64,000 nt of DNA from Podarcis bocagei (lineage: Eukaryota). Below are positions 40,112 through 53,445 of the stretch, one piece after another; within the stretch, counting starts at the first letter, position 1, and each line of letters starts with the position of its first letter. The DNA lies in assembly GCA_964188305.1 (NCBI GenBank), contig OZ076890.1; one strand, 5' to 3'. Under the pieces are notes generated by a model, which saw only the letters and a list, made by a program, of their open reading frames with translations, did no database searches and had not been told where the DNA came from. Made by a program: the position numbers and the translations under genes.

Positions 40112-41044
40112 TTGAGCTTTGGGAAGGAGGTGCTATCTGACGGGATGCTGTAGTCCTCCTTCCAAAGCCAGTCAGGTTTTGGCAAGGTGATGGAATGGCT
40201 ATTGGACCCATCAGAGCATTATGCCTCACTCCCTAAGTAGGCCAGAAGCTGACCACTCACCACTGCAAGTAACAGATTGCCCATCCCAGGATGAAGAAGA
40301 AATGAATCTAGGAACCAAGCTTATATTTGTTGGCATCGTCATGCTAAAACTAGTATATGGAGTTGGAGTGGCATTTGCTTTAACTCCGGCAAAGTTACTT
40401 TGTGTTTCATCAAACACAAAAGAAAAGGTAGCTCCTTTTTATTGCAGTGTGGGGAGCGAGGGGTGGATGATTGTAACCTTTAGCTATTATACACGGAAGA
40501 AGGATCAATTCCTGCTTTTAAATCATATAGCGGTTATTAGACACAATTGCTGGTGTTGCAACTTGTAGGATATTTTCAATGAACTTTTCTAAAGATACAA
40601 TCATAAGCATGTCAGTTATGTGGGATGCAAGCAAATCAGAAATGGTTTGTCACACAAAAGAGATTTATCTTAGATCAAAATGATTTGCAGGGCCCCACAG
40701 AAATTGATGTCACATCACTTCCTCTTATTATTCACTGACAGGTCTAATAAAGCTGCTGGTATGTTCAGCAACTTGAGTACAAATCATGGGTCATGGCTGA
40801 GCCAAACTTCAAATCTCGCTGAATCCAATGGCAGAGCACTAAACATTCGAAATTAGCGGTACCTGGAAGTTCTGATGAACCTCTCTAAACATGTTACCTC
40901 ATTTTTCATCCATACTTCAGAGGTAGAACACAGACATGACATGCAGAAGATCCCAGGTTCAATCCCCAGTATCTCCAGGCAAGACTGGGAAAGAATCTGC
41001 CTCGATAGCCACTGCCAATCAGTATAGAAAATAATGGACTAGAA

Positions 41045-41617
41045 TCCTTCAACCTTTTTTGGGCAAAGGCACACTTGTTTCATGAAAAAAATCATGAGGC
41101 ACACCACCATTAGAAAATGTTAAAAAATTTAACTCTGTGCCTATATTGACTATATATAAAGTAATTCTCTTGAATAGGAATCAAATAAACACAAAGAAGC
41201 ATGGTTTAACATTCAAGCATGGTTTAATTTTTTTTTCTTTAATGGCAAACAAAAACATTGCGTACCGTTCTCTGCTCAGCGGGGATCGATCCGCTGATCC
41301 CCGCTGAGCTGGCGGATGACAGCGCCGTCTCTGCACTGTGTGCGGAGAGGGAGCTGTCAGAGTCCCGCTGCTCTCTATAGGGAATCAGATGAGAGCGGAC
41401 CGCCTGTCCGCTCTCATCCGATCCCATCCGATCTGATCCCCACCCAGGACGGATGGAAAATAGGGTGGACACAGTCCGACGCCCGCCTAGTGGGCGAAAA
41501 TTTGACTTTTTTTTTTTAAAAAAAAAATCTTTTGAATTTTTCCATTTTTCCCACGGCACACCAGGCAACATCTCGCGGCACACTAGTGTGCCACGGAACA
41601 GTGGTTGAAAAACACTG
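41045..41617. mobile_element. Non-autonomous hAT (Charlie-like) element inserted in a tRNA-derived SINE
   Basis: Right TIR GGTTGAAAAACACTG, eroded left TIR TTCAACC; flanks GACTAGAA (41037-41044) and GACTAGAT (41618-41625); GGCACAC subterminal repeats. Confidence 0.78.
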
Positions 41618-42087
41618 GACTAGATGGGCCAATGGACTCAGTATTAGGCAGCTTCCTGTATGTTTAGATTGTGCCCCATGATTTGTCAAGATTTTGTCAA
41701 CAGCAACCACAACCCAACTTCCTTTTTTCAAGAAATGAGATGGCGTAAGAGTGAGCACTGGGCAAAGAGTGCTCACATAATTGTTTTTGTCGGGAATGAA
41801 CATCACCAGTGGTTGCTGGTGCCCATTGGGATTGGTGAAGCAGAAGACAAGGACGCCAGCAATAAGGTTGGTGGAACAGGGACCCATTTGCCCAAATGGA
41901 CCAGCTTCCACTTCATCATCTGTTTGGGGGTTGTCTGGATTGGGGAGGGGTCTTCCCTCCCTTCCCCTTCCTTGAATATGAGCAAAACAGGGATTTTTTT
42001 TGGGGGGGGGGAGCACTGGCTTAGCTATAGAGCTTTGAGTGTACAATTTCTTTTGGCAAAGAGCTGTTGCTTCCATGGGCTAAACAC

Positions 42088-42270
42088 AGAATCATAGAGT
42101 TGAAAGAGACAGTGTAAAGCATTTCGTCCACCTTCCTGTTCAATGCAGGAAATGGAGAGCTAGAGCACTTGCAACAGCTTCAAGCCCAGCCCAGCGTGAA
42201 GACCTTCAGTGAGAGAGAGTCCTCCATCTTTCTAGGTAATTGGTTAAATTTTCAAACTGCTCTTACCATC
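42088..42270 (-). mobile_element. CR1 LINE 3' fragment
   Basis: AGAATCATAGAGTTG terminus, the reverse complement of the CR1 ATTCT-type tail seen at 48.6 kb. Confidence 0.65.
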
Positions 42271-45200
42271 AATATGCCCCCCCCCAAAAAAAATATTCAT
42301 TTGAAATACGGCCATCAGAACTTGCCCTGTACTATTTCTTTTTAAGTGAAGAAATATACAGTGTGCATGTGTGTGTGCATGCGCACACACACACACACAT
42401 ACACATTTTATGAAACAGAAGATAAAACCATAGAGAAGTAGCATTCTATTTCAGTGATTTGATTCTTTGTTTCACTTCTGTGCCCTAAAGGGACTTCATG
42501 ACTAGCAATGAACTGAATTTCAGTGCTTGCTTTATTCAGAATAGGAGAGAGAGGAGGAAAAACATTGGGTTGACCCTGAGTTACAAAAGATATAAGAAAT
42601 ATCAAGTCTTCAGCATTAAATCATTTAAGCAAAATATATCTTACTTCCTTTCTTCCAAGTACTATTGGATGATTTCCTGCAAGTCTTGCTTCCCATTAAG
42701 CTTCTCATAATAATCTTGCTTCTTGCGGCCTTGTAAGTCACAGTCACTCGCTTGAGTTTCTCCGATTTGGACAATTTCTCCTGCAAATGGTCTTCCCTTG
42801 TTCAAAGTTAGTCGCATAATCTGTCCATTTACGTAACTATACACAGGAAACGGGAACTTATGTACTCACATACCTAATGAATGTATTGACATTAACAAGG
42901 AAGAAGATGGATTGAAGTCAGGTCTGAACTGACTCTTCATGAAAAGGTCATCTTCAAACTGCAAAATGAAGACTCCCTTTCTATCTCAATGAAATATGAA
43001 AAAATAGTTCCATAGGAATTACCTTCCGTGTTTACTATTGCCCACAACTTACAGTGGTATTTAAGCATAACCACTAAATGATTTTGCACGGCTACCCAGA
43101 GAAACCCTCTCCACATGTAAATCTGAACCTATTAAAAAATATTATGCAGTATTTATTTGTCCATTAAATCTATTTGTTATAAATCTATAAAAACCCCTAA
43201 TTGGTTACAATTTGGCCTCATTCTTCTCAGTGCTCAAAAACAGGACATGGAGGAGGTCCAAATGAGGTCGGAGTATTGCAAAATCTGTCTTTGCTTCCTG
43301 AAGCCAAGGAACAGAGTTTAAATCATGGCAGGTATCCAAATACATAACTTAATGTACAGGTCAGTGTGAGACTCCTTGGACTCCAAGCAGCTACAATATT
43401 CATGTCCACATTGCTTATCTCCCTCACTGCCACAAACAATCGGATCTAACATCTCTGCCAGGTGTCTTATCTTTTTCTCAGGTGCAACGATCTGAAAAAA
43501 CTGGTTCAAGGTTACCTGGTAATTTAACCTTCTTCTTTTTTTAAAAAAAAGTTCCTGTTACCCAGAGACCATTACAGAACAAGCTGCATTCAATATCTTT
43601 GGTTTATAAAATATGCCTTCGGGGTAAATTGTTCTGTCCTGCATAATTATCCCATAGCTTAAAATTAACCTAAGTCACATATCAACCTAGAGGGAAATAT
43701 TAGGGCTCCGGAAAATCGCGAGACTATACAGACATTCTGAACAAACAGTTAACTTTGCTGTGTATCTTTTGTTGGTTTCTGGAAAAGAAAATGATGTGCT
43801 TGCAAAGAATGCTGGAATCTATGCCAGATGCCAATGTGGTGCCCTTCAGATCAGCCAACATAGGTAAGGGATAGTCTAACAACTTATGCTTGGCATCACA
43901 CTGCCTACTCCAAATCTATACGCAGGTCTTTCAAGGCTGTCCACCTTCTTCTCTTTGTAAATGCTTTCACTATGTGTATGTCTGTATTCATATGCATAAC
44001 TGGGTGGGAAATTGCATGTACAAACATGCGCTGTGCATCCACTTCCCTTCCCCAATCTTGTGACATGTAACTGTAATGATATCAGGCAGGCAAGCAAGCC
44101 CCAATAAGAAGTAATGACTCTTATCATTACGTTTTATGGACCTTTAATTGCAAAAAAACCACATCCAAAGCACGGCTTCTCACCTGCTCGCATTGACAAT
44201 AGTTGGTCAGCCTGAATCACCAACCCTTTCACTGCAGAAAGGATGCCAAATTCCTGCCTTTCCCCTCTTGCCCTTTCATTGTCATCTGATCTTATCCATT
44301 CTCCTAGAATGGGGATTCAACACACTCTCAGTCCTCTGCTTATGTGTGGATTGCTTAGCAATGCTCTGGCTGCCTCCTAACTCTCCCACTTCTTGAGACT
44401 TAACAGTGTCTTCTTTGGGAAAGGGGGTCGAACTACCCCTTCTCAGTTCTCATCCGCAGAATCTCATCAGCAGTGCCACAGGCTGATAGCATCCATGCCA
44501 TGCCGCATTGAGGCAGTAATTGATGCAAAAGGGGCCCAAACCAAGTACTGAGTACATATGCATCCTTGCTTCTACTTCTCAGACGTCCAATATTGCTCTA
44601 TTTGCAATCCTTGTTTTGCTGATTTCATTTAATATTCTAATTTTTTTGAGATTGTTAATTTGGGGTTTTCATCAGCTGTACGCCTTGATCATCACAATTA
44701 TAACAAATAAAGGCTTGACATATCTCGCTTTGCATGTCATGAGTCTATCTCATATATTAGTTTCACCTTTTAAGTTGAATTACTGAAATAAATGAACTTT
44801 TCCAGGGTATTCTAATCTTCCAAGTTTCACCTGTATGTTTGATGTTGTTTATATTTGTCTTCATTTTTTAAAACAATAAAGTTTATTTAAAAGGAGGGGC
44901 ATTCTAGGAACATTCCAAGTGGCTTAGGAAGAATTTCAATGAAGAGGGCTGAATAGCTGCATTTGGCTCCCAGACTTGACATTCCCCACCTCTGCCCTAG
45001 AAGAACAGTATTTCAGATAGTGAAGGGTGAGTTTTTAATCTTCTATTGGGGAGCGACATCACATTTCACCTTTCTAAATTTTGGGTTGAAAAAACTTTTT
45101 AAGCCATGTTAAAATTCTGGAGCACTAAATGTGATGGGTACTTATTCCAGCAACCGAAGGTCCTTGATTTGTAATAAGCTAAATCTTTCTCTCCCCTCAC

Positions 45201-47438
45201 CCTGCTTGAGAGAGAGATTCTGTAGAACTCTGGGGCATGGGATTAGAAAAGGAACTTGAAGTATTACAAAATAAGTTTCTGAAAGCAAGTTCTTTCCTTT
45301 CGAAATAATATCCAAATTCCTTTGGTTAGAAAAGAAAGTGGAGTCTTAAAAATCAAAGCTGCTCCTCACATAAGAGCCTTGTCTTTTTTTGAATTCAAAA
45401 TATGCAAAGAACTGATGGTAATCTTCTGAGACTCTGTCTGATGGAAGAAGTTCAGGAAGAGTCATTATTTAAAAACTCATGGTTGCGGCAAATTTATGAG
45501 TCTCTTCAACACTATGGTTTATCTCTTTTCAAGCTGTTATCAAAGAACTTGTCTGCCACTGAAATACCCCATTCTCAGACAAGTAAACCATAGTGATACG
45601 AGATGATTTAGCAACCATTTATTCAAATTCTTTCTGGACTTGAAACTAATGAAATAGAATGTTATGGATTTTACTTGACTAAAATTCTGGAGATTGTTTT
45701 TTCTACATAGTGTTTTTTCCCCCAAACCAATGAAATCTGCACAGAAGGAAAAATATTGAGTATTGCATGAGATCAAATAATGGGTTATATCTACTGTTCT
45801 GCTATGGAAGGAGCATGTGGGGGTTTATGCATCTCTATTTAGAAATAAGCTGCATTGGGATCAACTATTTTTCTCCAGATAAATGCATATAGGCAGCAGT
45901 ACACTGTATGATGTTTCAGTCATAGAGCATTTCAAGAGTCCATCTCCCATGCAGATTTTTTTTTAAAAGTACACATGATTGACCCACAAGATTTACACTG
46001 GATAGAAGTGACATTTTTTCGCTTCACACTAGCCGGTTCTTTTGGGTACTAGTATAAAAAACTAAACACATATTGCAAAAAAAATATTACACTTTTAATG
46101 CAAGCTTCAGAAGCCATAGACCATGAATTTAACAGTCCATCCTTGTGTAGGTGTGCTCAGAAGAAAATCTCAAAAGTCAGGCAGAGACACCTTTCATGAG
46201 AGTAACTCAACTTCTTCCTGATTTTTGGTGGTGCCACCTTCTCCCTCAGCCCCCCCCCCACCCTCAGGAATTCAAGGGCATCCCTAAGGGTTTTCAGGGG
46301 ATTGCTAGGGGAAGGAGGGGAAAATCCCCTCCTGCTAAACCCCTTTCTGCTGGTGCTTCTTGGGATCTGATACATTCAAGAATGGAATAAACTCCAGAAA
46401 GGTTGCCAGAATAAAACTGTGGTTGCTGTTAATGTAACAGAGTTGATAAGGTTTGGGTATCCACAATTGGATTTCTGACCCAAAGCAGAGCCTCAGAAAA
46501 AGAACATCTATGAGTGGCCATCACTAAATCTAGCAGTGAATTCCATAAATTGTGCATGCCCAAGTATTTTCTGCTTGGTATCTTAAATCTACTTCACACT
46601 TTAGACTAATATACAGATGTGCTGCAATTTCATAGCCCCCCAATCTTCTGATTAATAAATTATTTTGCTGTTCATGCATAAATGAGAAGGGTATTGTTGT
46701 TATTGTTTAATTAGAATTATTAAAAGCCATTCTGATTGACTGGATTTGTTATTAAAACCCTTCTGGCTGACTGGATTTGTTATTCCAAAAGTCAGCATGA
46801 CAGCTATCTGTTTGCACTGCAGAATAAACAGCAAAGGCTACTGGTAGATAGCCAAGAATGTTTTGCGCCCTTGGAAGCCAAACAAGTAACCTCTTTGCAA
46901 AACAAATAGATAGCTAGTGTTATCCATTTTGAATTTGATAAACAAACATGAACAGAGCAGAGCAGAAGGGGAGCCTCTTTCACTAGCCTCCCAGTGTTAT
47001 ACCATACAGCACAGAGAAGAAATGTGTGTCATTCATTTAACCAGGTTGCTAAAACTTGTAAAGATCAAGAACTTTTAAAAAAGCCATTCTCCACTCCCAT
47101 TTTTGCTACTGATGAAAGGTAGTTGCATCTTTATTAAAACTGAAATTATAAGAAAGCTGCCTAGTAATCAAGGGCTTTGTGTATATATGTAGTAAAATAC
47201 ACACATATGTTGCATATCTGTCAACAAAACTATGGTGTCCAGATGAAATGGAATAATAGTTCCTCTCTATTCTGCCTTGGTCAGACCACACCTGGAATAC
47301 CGTGTCCAATTCTGGGAACCACAATTTAAGAAGGAGGTTGACAAGCTGGAATGGGCGCAGAGGAGGGCAACCAACCAATAATGTTCAAGGGTCTGGAAAC
47401 CAAGCCTTATGAGGAGCAGTTGAAGGAGCTGGGTTTGC

Positions 47439-47439
<1 letters not shown>

Positions 47440-47469
<30 letters not shown>

Positions 47470-47750
47470 AAGAAGAAGAAGAAGAAGAAGAAGAAGAAGA
47501 AGAAGAGTTGTTGTTTGGATTTGATATCCCGCCTTTCACTCCCCTTCAGGAGTCTCAAAGCGGCTAACATTCTCCTTTCCCTTCCTCCCCCACAACAAAC
47601 ACTCTGTGAGGTGAGTGGGGCTGAGAGGCTTCACAGAAGTGTGACTAGCTCAAGGTCACCCAGCAGCTGCATGTGGAGGAGCGGAGACACGAACCCGGTT
47701 TCCCAGATTACGTGACTACCGCTCTTAACCACTACACCACACTGGCTCTC
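47440..47750 (-). mobile_element. Squam3/POMSINE-like tRNA-derived SINE with (CTT)n tail
   Basis: Minus head GAGAGCCAGTGTGGTGTAGTGGTTAAGAGC, B-box GGGTTCG; (AAG)n at 47440-47505. Confidence 0.8.
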
Positions 47751-47953
47751 TAGTGTGGCTTTTAGCCTGGAAAAGAGGAGACTGAGAGGAGATATGATAG
47801 CCATCTTCAAATAAAGGCTGTCACATGGAAGAGGGAACAAGCTTGTTTTCTCCTGCTTTAGAGGGTAGGACTCTAACCAATGGCTTCAAGTTACAAGAAA
47901 GGAGATTCCGACTAAACATATGTAAAAACTGTCTAACAGTAAGAGTTGTTTGA

Positions 47954-48458
47954 GTCAGCAATATCAAAAGCAACACGATGGCCAGAAACAATAACAATGT
48001 GAAAAACTTTATGGAATAATTCAAAACATCAAAACTAACAAACTAAAGTCTCTGAAAGTCTCTGAAAGTTCTTAAATGAATCGCGGTGCCAGACTTTACC
48101 CGGCGGAGAGCAAGCTGTGAAGCTTTGTATAATTAGCAAATGTCCAATTCTGATGTCCAACTCTGAACTCTGCTGAACAGTGTTTCCGGATAACAACTAC
48201 TGTTTCGCTGAATTCTTCATCAGCCAATTAGTTCAACACTTGTAAGTAGAAAGATATGCAATTTCTTCATTAGCCAATCATTTTTCGAATCGATATAATG
48301 AAAAATACTCTGGAACAGTGCTCATGTGATTATGTAGAGACTTCAATTTGTTAGTTTTGATGTTTTGAATTATTCCATAAAGTTTTTCACATTGTTATTG
48401 TTTCTGGCCATTGTGTTGCTTTTGGTATTGCTGACTCATATTTTGCAACACAGGGGTT
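47954..48458. mobile_element. Penelope-like insertion with about 100-bp inverted arms
   Basis: 47951-48053 vs 48336-48438 inverted; 16-bp duplication AGTAAGAG(T/C)TGTTTGA at 47938-47953 and 48459-48474; CTGATGA..GAAAC on minus. Confidence 0.7.
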
Positions 48459-48924
48459 AGTAAGAGCTGTTTGACAGTTGAAGTCTCCCTCAGGAGGTTG
48501 TGGACACTCCTTCCTTGGAGGTATTTAAGCAGAGGTTGGATGAACACCTGTCATGGATGCTTTAGATGAGATTCCTCCATTGCAGGGGTTGGACTAGGTG
48601 GCCCACAGAGTCCCTTCCAACTCTACGATTCTATGATTCTACTGTGATTAACAAAACAGTATTTTTTCATTTAAGTGGCAAAACATTTTGGCTCCCAACT
48701 TCAGGAGCTGCTGTGATTAAATGAGCTTTCCCATCCTCAAAGCTCCAGAACTGCCACCTTGGAAAGAGCATCATGTCATTTTTATCACAGCAGCTGATGG
48801 AAATCAATATGTTTCCCCACATCGGCGAAAATACTCTGTTTTGTCAGCCACTTTAATGTAGGCATTATTCTAGTGATTAAAACGATTCAGAAATGCTTCC
48901 TAAGAAACTTGATCCAGTTAAAAG

Positions 48925-49434
48925 CATAGCTGTCAACCGCCCCTTATTTGACGGGAAAGTACCTTATCCCAGTGCCGTGTCCCACTGCTGTCCCTTATTG
49001 ATGATGTCCCTTAAATTTCCCGGGTTTCAAAGGAAGCAGCTCCTCTCCCTCCCTCCCTCCCTGCTGGCCAGGGAGGAGGGAGGCTCCAACTGTGTTTCTT
49101 GGCTGAGTTGCTCACCCAATGAGGAGTCTAAGAATGACTGGGGGGTGGAGCTTGCATGCCTTGTGCCGATCAAATCGGCCACGTTGCCTGGGGACTCGCC
49201 TTTGCTCAGCACTTCCCAGCAGAGTGGTGACGGTGGTTTTCCTTGCTGCATCCCCTTTGCCAGCTTGCTGCGCTGTGGCTTCGTTTGGCTGCTGGCTGGG
49301 CTTTTTGCCTTTGGCTCGGAGGGGCTCAGAAGTTAAACATACCTGTGCTCTGAAAACCCCTTATTTTGGCTGCTGATCCCTTATTTTTGAGGCTGCTGGT
49401 CCCTTATTTTTAAATCTGTAAGTTGACAACTATG
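48925..49434. mobile_element. Non-autonomous hAT element
   Basis: TIR CATAGCTGTCAAC / GTTGACAACTATG; exact 8-bp TSD GTTAAAAG (48917-48924, 49435-49442); CCCTTATT subterminal repeats. Confidence 0.9.
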
Positions 49435-51256
49435 GTTAAAAGTTCAAAGGCACCCTCTTTGATACATCCAGGGCACCCACCCACTGCATTGCAGTTTTGG
49501 GGGCCATAAATCATCGCTGGCACTAACACCATCTACTTCAGTGGGAGTGCTGCCTTAAGATGATAGCAAGGGTTAAACTGTACCCTTTGCTTTGAATGAT
49601 GTATAGCAAATCCCCAGGCTGAATTTGCCCAGGAATCAATTTTTAAAAGGAGGGTATAGTCTTAATAGCTGGTTCCTGAACTTGAAACAAAACCCTTTCC
49701 TGTGCTTCATTAGGTAGCAAATGCACACAACTTCAGTTCTCACATCAAGGTAATATTTCATAACAATTGTCTACAGCTGGCATCCTTTAACAACTGGTGT
49801 GTGCTTGCGTGCCTTTCTGTCCAGAGGCTTGTAGGGGGAGTTTCGATTAATTCTTCAGAACTATAGAGCTGGACATCTGATAACCAAATACTCCTAATTT
49901 AACAGCAGATTTATTTGCCCACATTATCCAAATTATAGCTAGCCCGAGGGGGAAAAGCAAAACAAACCAAGGAAGGTCACAGTGCGCCATCTCCAAGGAC
50001 TTGGTGGGTCATAGTAAAAATTAAAGACATGTGTTTTACACACAAATAAGCTTTCTTCATGTTACCAAGAAATGCTTCTCTCCCGAGGTCTTCCTCTAAC
50101 CACACACAAGAAGTCCCCAGTCCAAAATGGGCTCCAGTCAAAGGCTAGCCTTCTTGTCATTTGAGTTTCCTGAAGCGACGTTCGATATTTCTGAAAGTAA
50201 ACCAGTCGATCTGCCACACAGGGGAAATAATTTTACACACTTTCTCCCAATTCCATTAAATACACACACAGCTTTTGCTCTTAGGCCTGTCAAGGAAACG
50301 TCCTATGTTTTCCCTTTGTTTGAGGGATTGCTGGCACCACACATTTCACCAAACGGCCCTTTATACGTCTTTAGGGTTTTGTGCACTGCACACACAGAAA
50401 GACGCAGAATTCCTCAGTGATGAAGGGTTATAAGCAGAGTCGCTCCTCTCAGCTTCATTTGCAGCTTCGGAAGCTGAATTCACACCAGCTTTCAGCAGTT
50501 CAGGAAGGCTGTAGCGGTCGCTGACCTCTGGGGATGATGCATAAGCCGCGGAGCTCAGAAGAAAAAGAAGTCTTCAGGCAACTATTATCTCACATTAATA
50601 CGGGAGAAGTGCTGCACTGGGGCCAGCCCTGTGAGCCTCAGCCGCTGCTAATCAGAAGAGACAAAGGCATGCTGCTCACCAAAGCAAGAATAAAGGTTAG
50701 GCCATGATACAATTATTTTTAAACAATCTTCCAGATGGGAATGATGCCAAGGTTTGGACAACTCAGATGACCACACGGGATCACAACACACAGCCAAAGG
50801 CCCCACCAGTGGTCACAACGCAGAGGGCACATCACACTGTGCGCCTCAACACTCTGCAACAGGGCCAGCTTCCCTAGCAACACAGTTTCCAGCTCATGAA
50901 CAGCAACATGCAAGGCTTTCCTTGCTGGAACCTCTACTGTCGCAGCCAAAGTGTCACAGCTGCCTAGGAAGAGAGTGAGTAAACTATTCTGAAACATGAA
51001 GTGCAGCAGCTGTGGCTAGACAGCATAACCCATCTCTGATATACATCATGTGGACCATTCGGAAGAGCCAGGAATATAGCAGAGACAGCGGGCAGGAAGT
51101 GCGGAAGTCAAGGTTGGGCAGGGAGACATTGGAAGGGAAAACATATCTATTATTATTTATTAAATTTGTATACTACCCTTTAGCTGTGGATCTCAGAGCA
51201 GCTCACAGCATCAAATATATAGTCCTATTCAGTCATCATATTGTCCCTAGAATCCA

Positions 51257-51640
51257 GGGACGTGGGTGGCGCTGTGGTCTAAACCATGGATCCTCTTGGG
51301 CTTGCTGATCAGAAGGTCAGCAGTTCGAATCCCCGTGACGGGGTGAGCTCCTGTTGCACTGTCCCAGCTCCTGCCAACCCAGCAGTTCGAAAGTATAGCA
51401 GTGCAAATAGATAAATAGGTACCACTGTGGCAGGAAGGTAAATGATGTTTCCGTGCATTCTGGCACTCATTACGGTGTCCTCTTGTGCCAGAAGCGGTTT
51501 TGTCATGCTAGCCCCATGACTCGGAAAGCTGTCTGTGGACAAATGCCGGCTCCCTCGGCCTGAAGCGAGATGAGTTCCGCACCCTATAGTTGCTTTCGAC
51601 TGGACTTAATCTATCCAGGGGTCATTTACCTTTACCTTTT
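51257..51640 (+). mobile_element. Sauria SINE (different subfamily)
   Basis: GGGACGTGGGTGGCGCTGTGG head, TTTACCTTTACC tail. Confidence 0.9.
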
Positions 51641-52042
51641 TGTACCTGTCCATAGAAATGGGGCCAAGCACATGATGCAACCTCTATGCTGTACAATCCT
51701 CTGGGAAATTATATAATTGAGTGGTACAGTATTGTGATTTCACATGTCACATGATGGGACTCAGAAATAATGGGCCTGGCCTGAGTGGAGCCTATATAAG
51801 TGCACATTTATACTCAGAGAGTCTGATTCACACTGGAGGCACTATGCATAGTGGGGAAGGGTACAGAGCCACAAGATCTGCTCCCATGCCCCACTGTGTG
51901 TGAACAAGACCTGTGATATTTTGTCCACTAATACAAAATTATAATATACACCCTACAATAGGATAGAACCATGAATAGATAATTAGGGGAAAACAGAGAT
52001 AGATAATAGGACAGAATAATGGGTAGATTATTACACATTATA

Positions 52043-52399
52043 AAGGTAAAGGGTAAAGGGACCCCTGACCATTAGGTCCAGTTGTGGCCGACTCTGGGGT
52101 TGTGGCGCTCATCTTGCTTTATTGGCCGAGGGAGCCAGCGTACAACTTCCGAGTCATGTGGCCAGCATGACTAAGCCGCTTCTGGCAAACCAGAGCAGCG
52201 CACGGAAACGCCGTTTACCTTCCCGCCAGGGTGGTACCTCTTTATCTACTTGCACTATGATGTGCTTTTGAACTGCTAGGTTGGCAGGAGCAGGGACCAA
52301 GCAACGGGAACTCACCCCGTCCCTGGGATTCGAACCACCGACCTTCTGATCGGCAAGTCCTAGGCTCTGGGGTTTAACCCACAGCGCCACCCGCATCCC
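52043..52399 (-). mobile_element. Sauria SINE, full length
   Basis: 14-bp TSD TATTACACATTATA (52029-52042, 52400-52413). Confidence 0.93.
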
Positions 52400-52819
52400 T
52401 ATTACACATTATAGGATGTGGTAAAGAGGGCCTTGTCAGCCATGATAAACCCACTGTTGGATACAAGAAAAAGCATAGCTAGAACATATCCAGCGGATGG
52501 CTGACCAGCCTCTGCTTCAAGACTTCCAGTGTTGAAGAGCTCACCACTCTGTATCTCCATAAATCTCTCTGCTCTCCTGTGACCGAAGCCCAGAGGTGGG
52601 TCTGGACTCTTTGCTATTCAGCTGAACACCTCTTTAGCTTGGCCTGAGATGTGTATTTTCAGGACCCATTTTGTGGCTGTATTTGCCAACGTAATCTGTT
52701 TTAACTGTTTTGAATTATAGATTTCAAATTGTTGTAGCCTGCCCTGGGAATCTCCTGGGGAAGGGCAAGTAATAAATTTAACAATGAAACCTGATTTTGT
52801 CCCACATCCCTCCTCCAAA

Positions 52820-53092
52820 GGGCTCACCCACACTTCAGATTTTGTCCTGTGATTTCAAGTGATTTCAAGTCATGGGTACAAGATGTTAGGGGTTTTTGTT
52901 CCACCGCTTTCCCCTGAAAAAAAAATCCACTGCTTACTGCTGAATTGGAAGAAATGGCAATCATGTTTCATACTGTTCTGATTCAAGAGTAAACAGTGTT
53001 TGCCTGGGTAAAACAGGGAGACAAAAAAAACCACCTCTTGGACCTGTGGCTTGAAGTCACTTGAAATCACAGGACAAAGTATGGCTGGATGC
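52820..53092. mobile_element. Foldback/MITE-like palindromic element
   Basis: TTTGTCCTGTGATTTCAAGTGATTTCAAG versus CTTGAAGTCACTTGAAATCACAGGACAAA. Confidence 0.6.
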
Positions 53093-53187
53093 AAACTTTG
53101 TGGTATACAGTCGTGGTTCTCATATCTCATATCACAAACGTAATGCAGGTAGGGCCTCCTAGTTGTTTCTCAACATTCTGGGGTGGC

Positions 53188-53445
53188 TTGGGTTGCCATA
53201 CGTCCAGATTTTCCCAGCCATTTTTTATATTTATTTTGTGATTTCCACCCAGACGCTGCTTCTGACTGCAGTATTCCGGCTATGCGGTGTTGTTTTCAAT
53301 GATTTTCCTTAAAAATAGCTCCAAAATTTCATTTTTCCCCTTCTTGTTATTTTGCTTTAAAAAAGCTCAACGAACTTGGACAAACTTTAAAAAGTCCAAC
53401 AACTTTTGTGTCCAGGTTTTCACTTTTTGAAATATGGCAACCCTA
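53188..53445. mobile_element. Non-autonomous hAT element
   Basis: TIR T(T/A)GGGTTGCCATA; exact 8-bp TSD GGGGTGGC (53180-53187, 53446-53453). Confidence 0.85.

Larger units (their letters stand above)
47222..48641 (+). mobile_element. CR1 LINE 3' fragment with two nested insertions
   Basis: [17 protein letters not shown] motif; terminal CTCTACGATTCTATGATTCT. Confidence 0.9.

Noticed and set aside
34767-42836. Three minus-strand segments with plausible splice sites (34767-34880, 41777-41919, 42645-42836)
   Set aside because: Translations match nothing I recognise, one has stops in all three frames; such site pairs are common by chance. RNA-seq would be needed to test for a lncRNA
46731-46785. 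Short direct repeat TGACTGGATTTGTTATT twice (similar small duplications at 41198-41227 and 63206-63236)
   Set aside because: Two units only; ordinary slippage duplication, not a CRISPR-like or functional array
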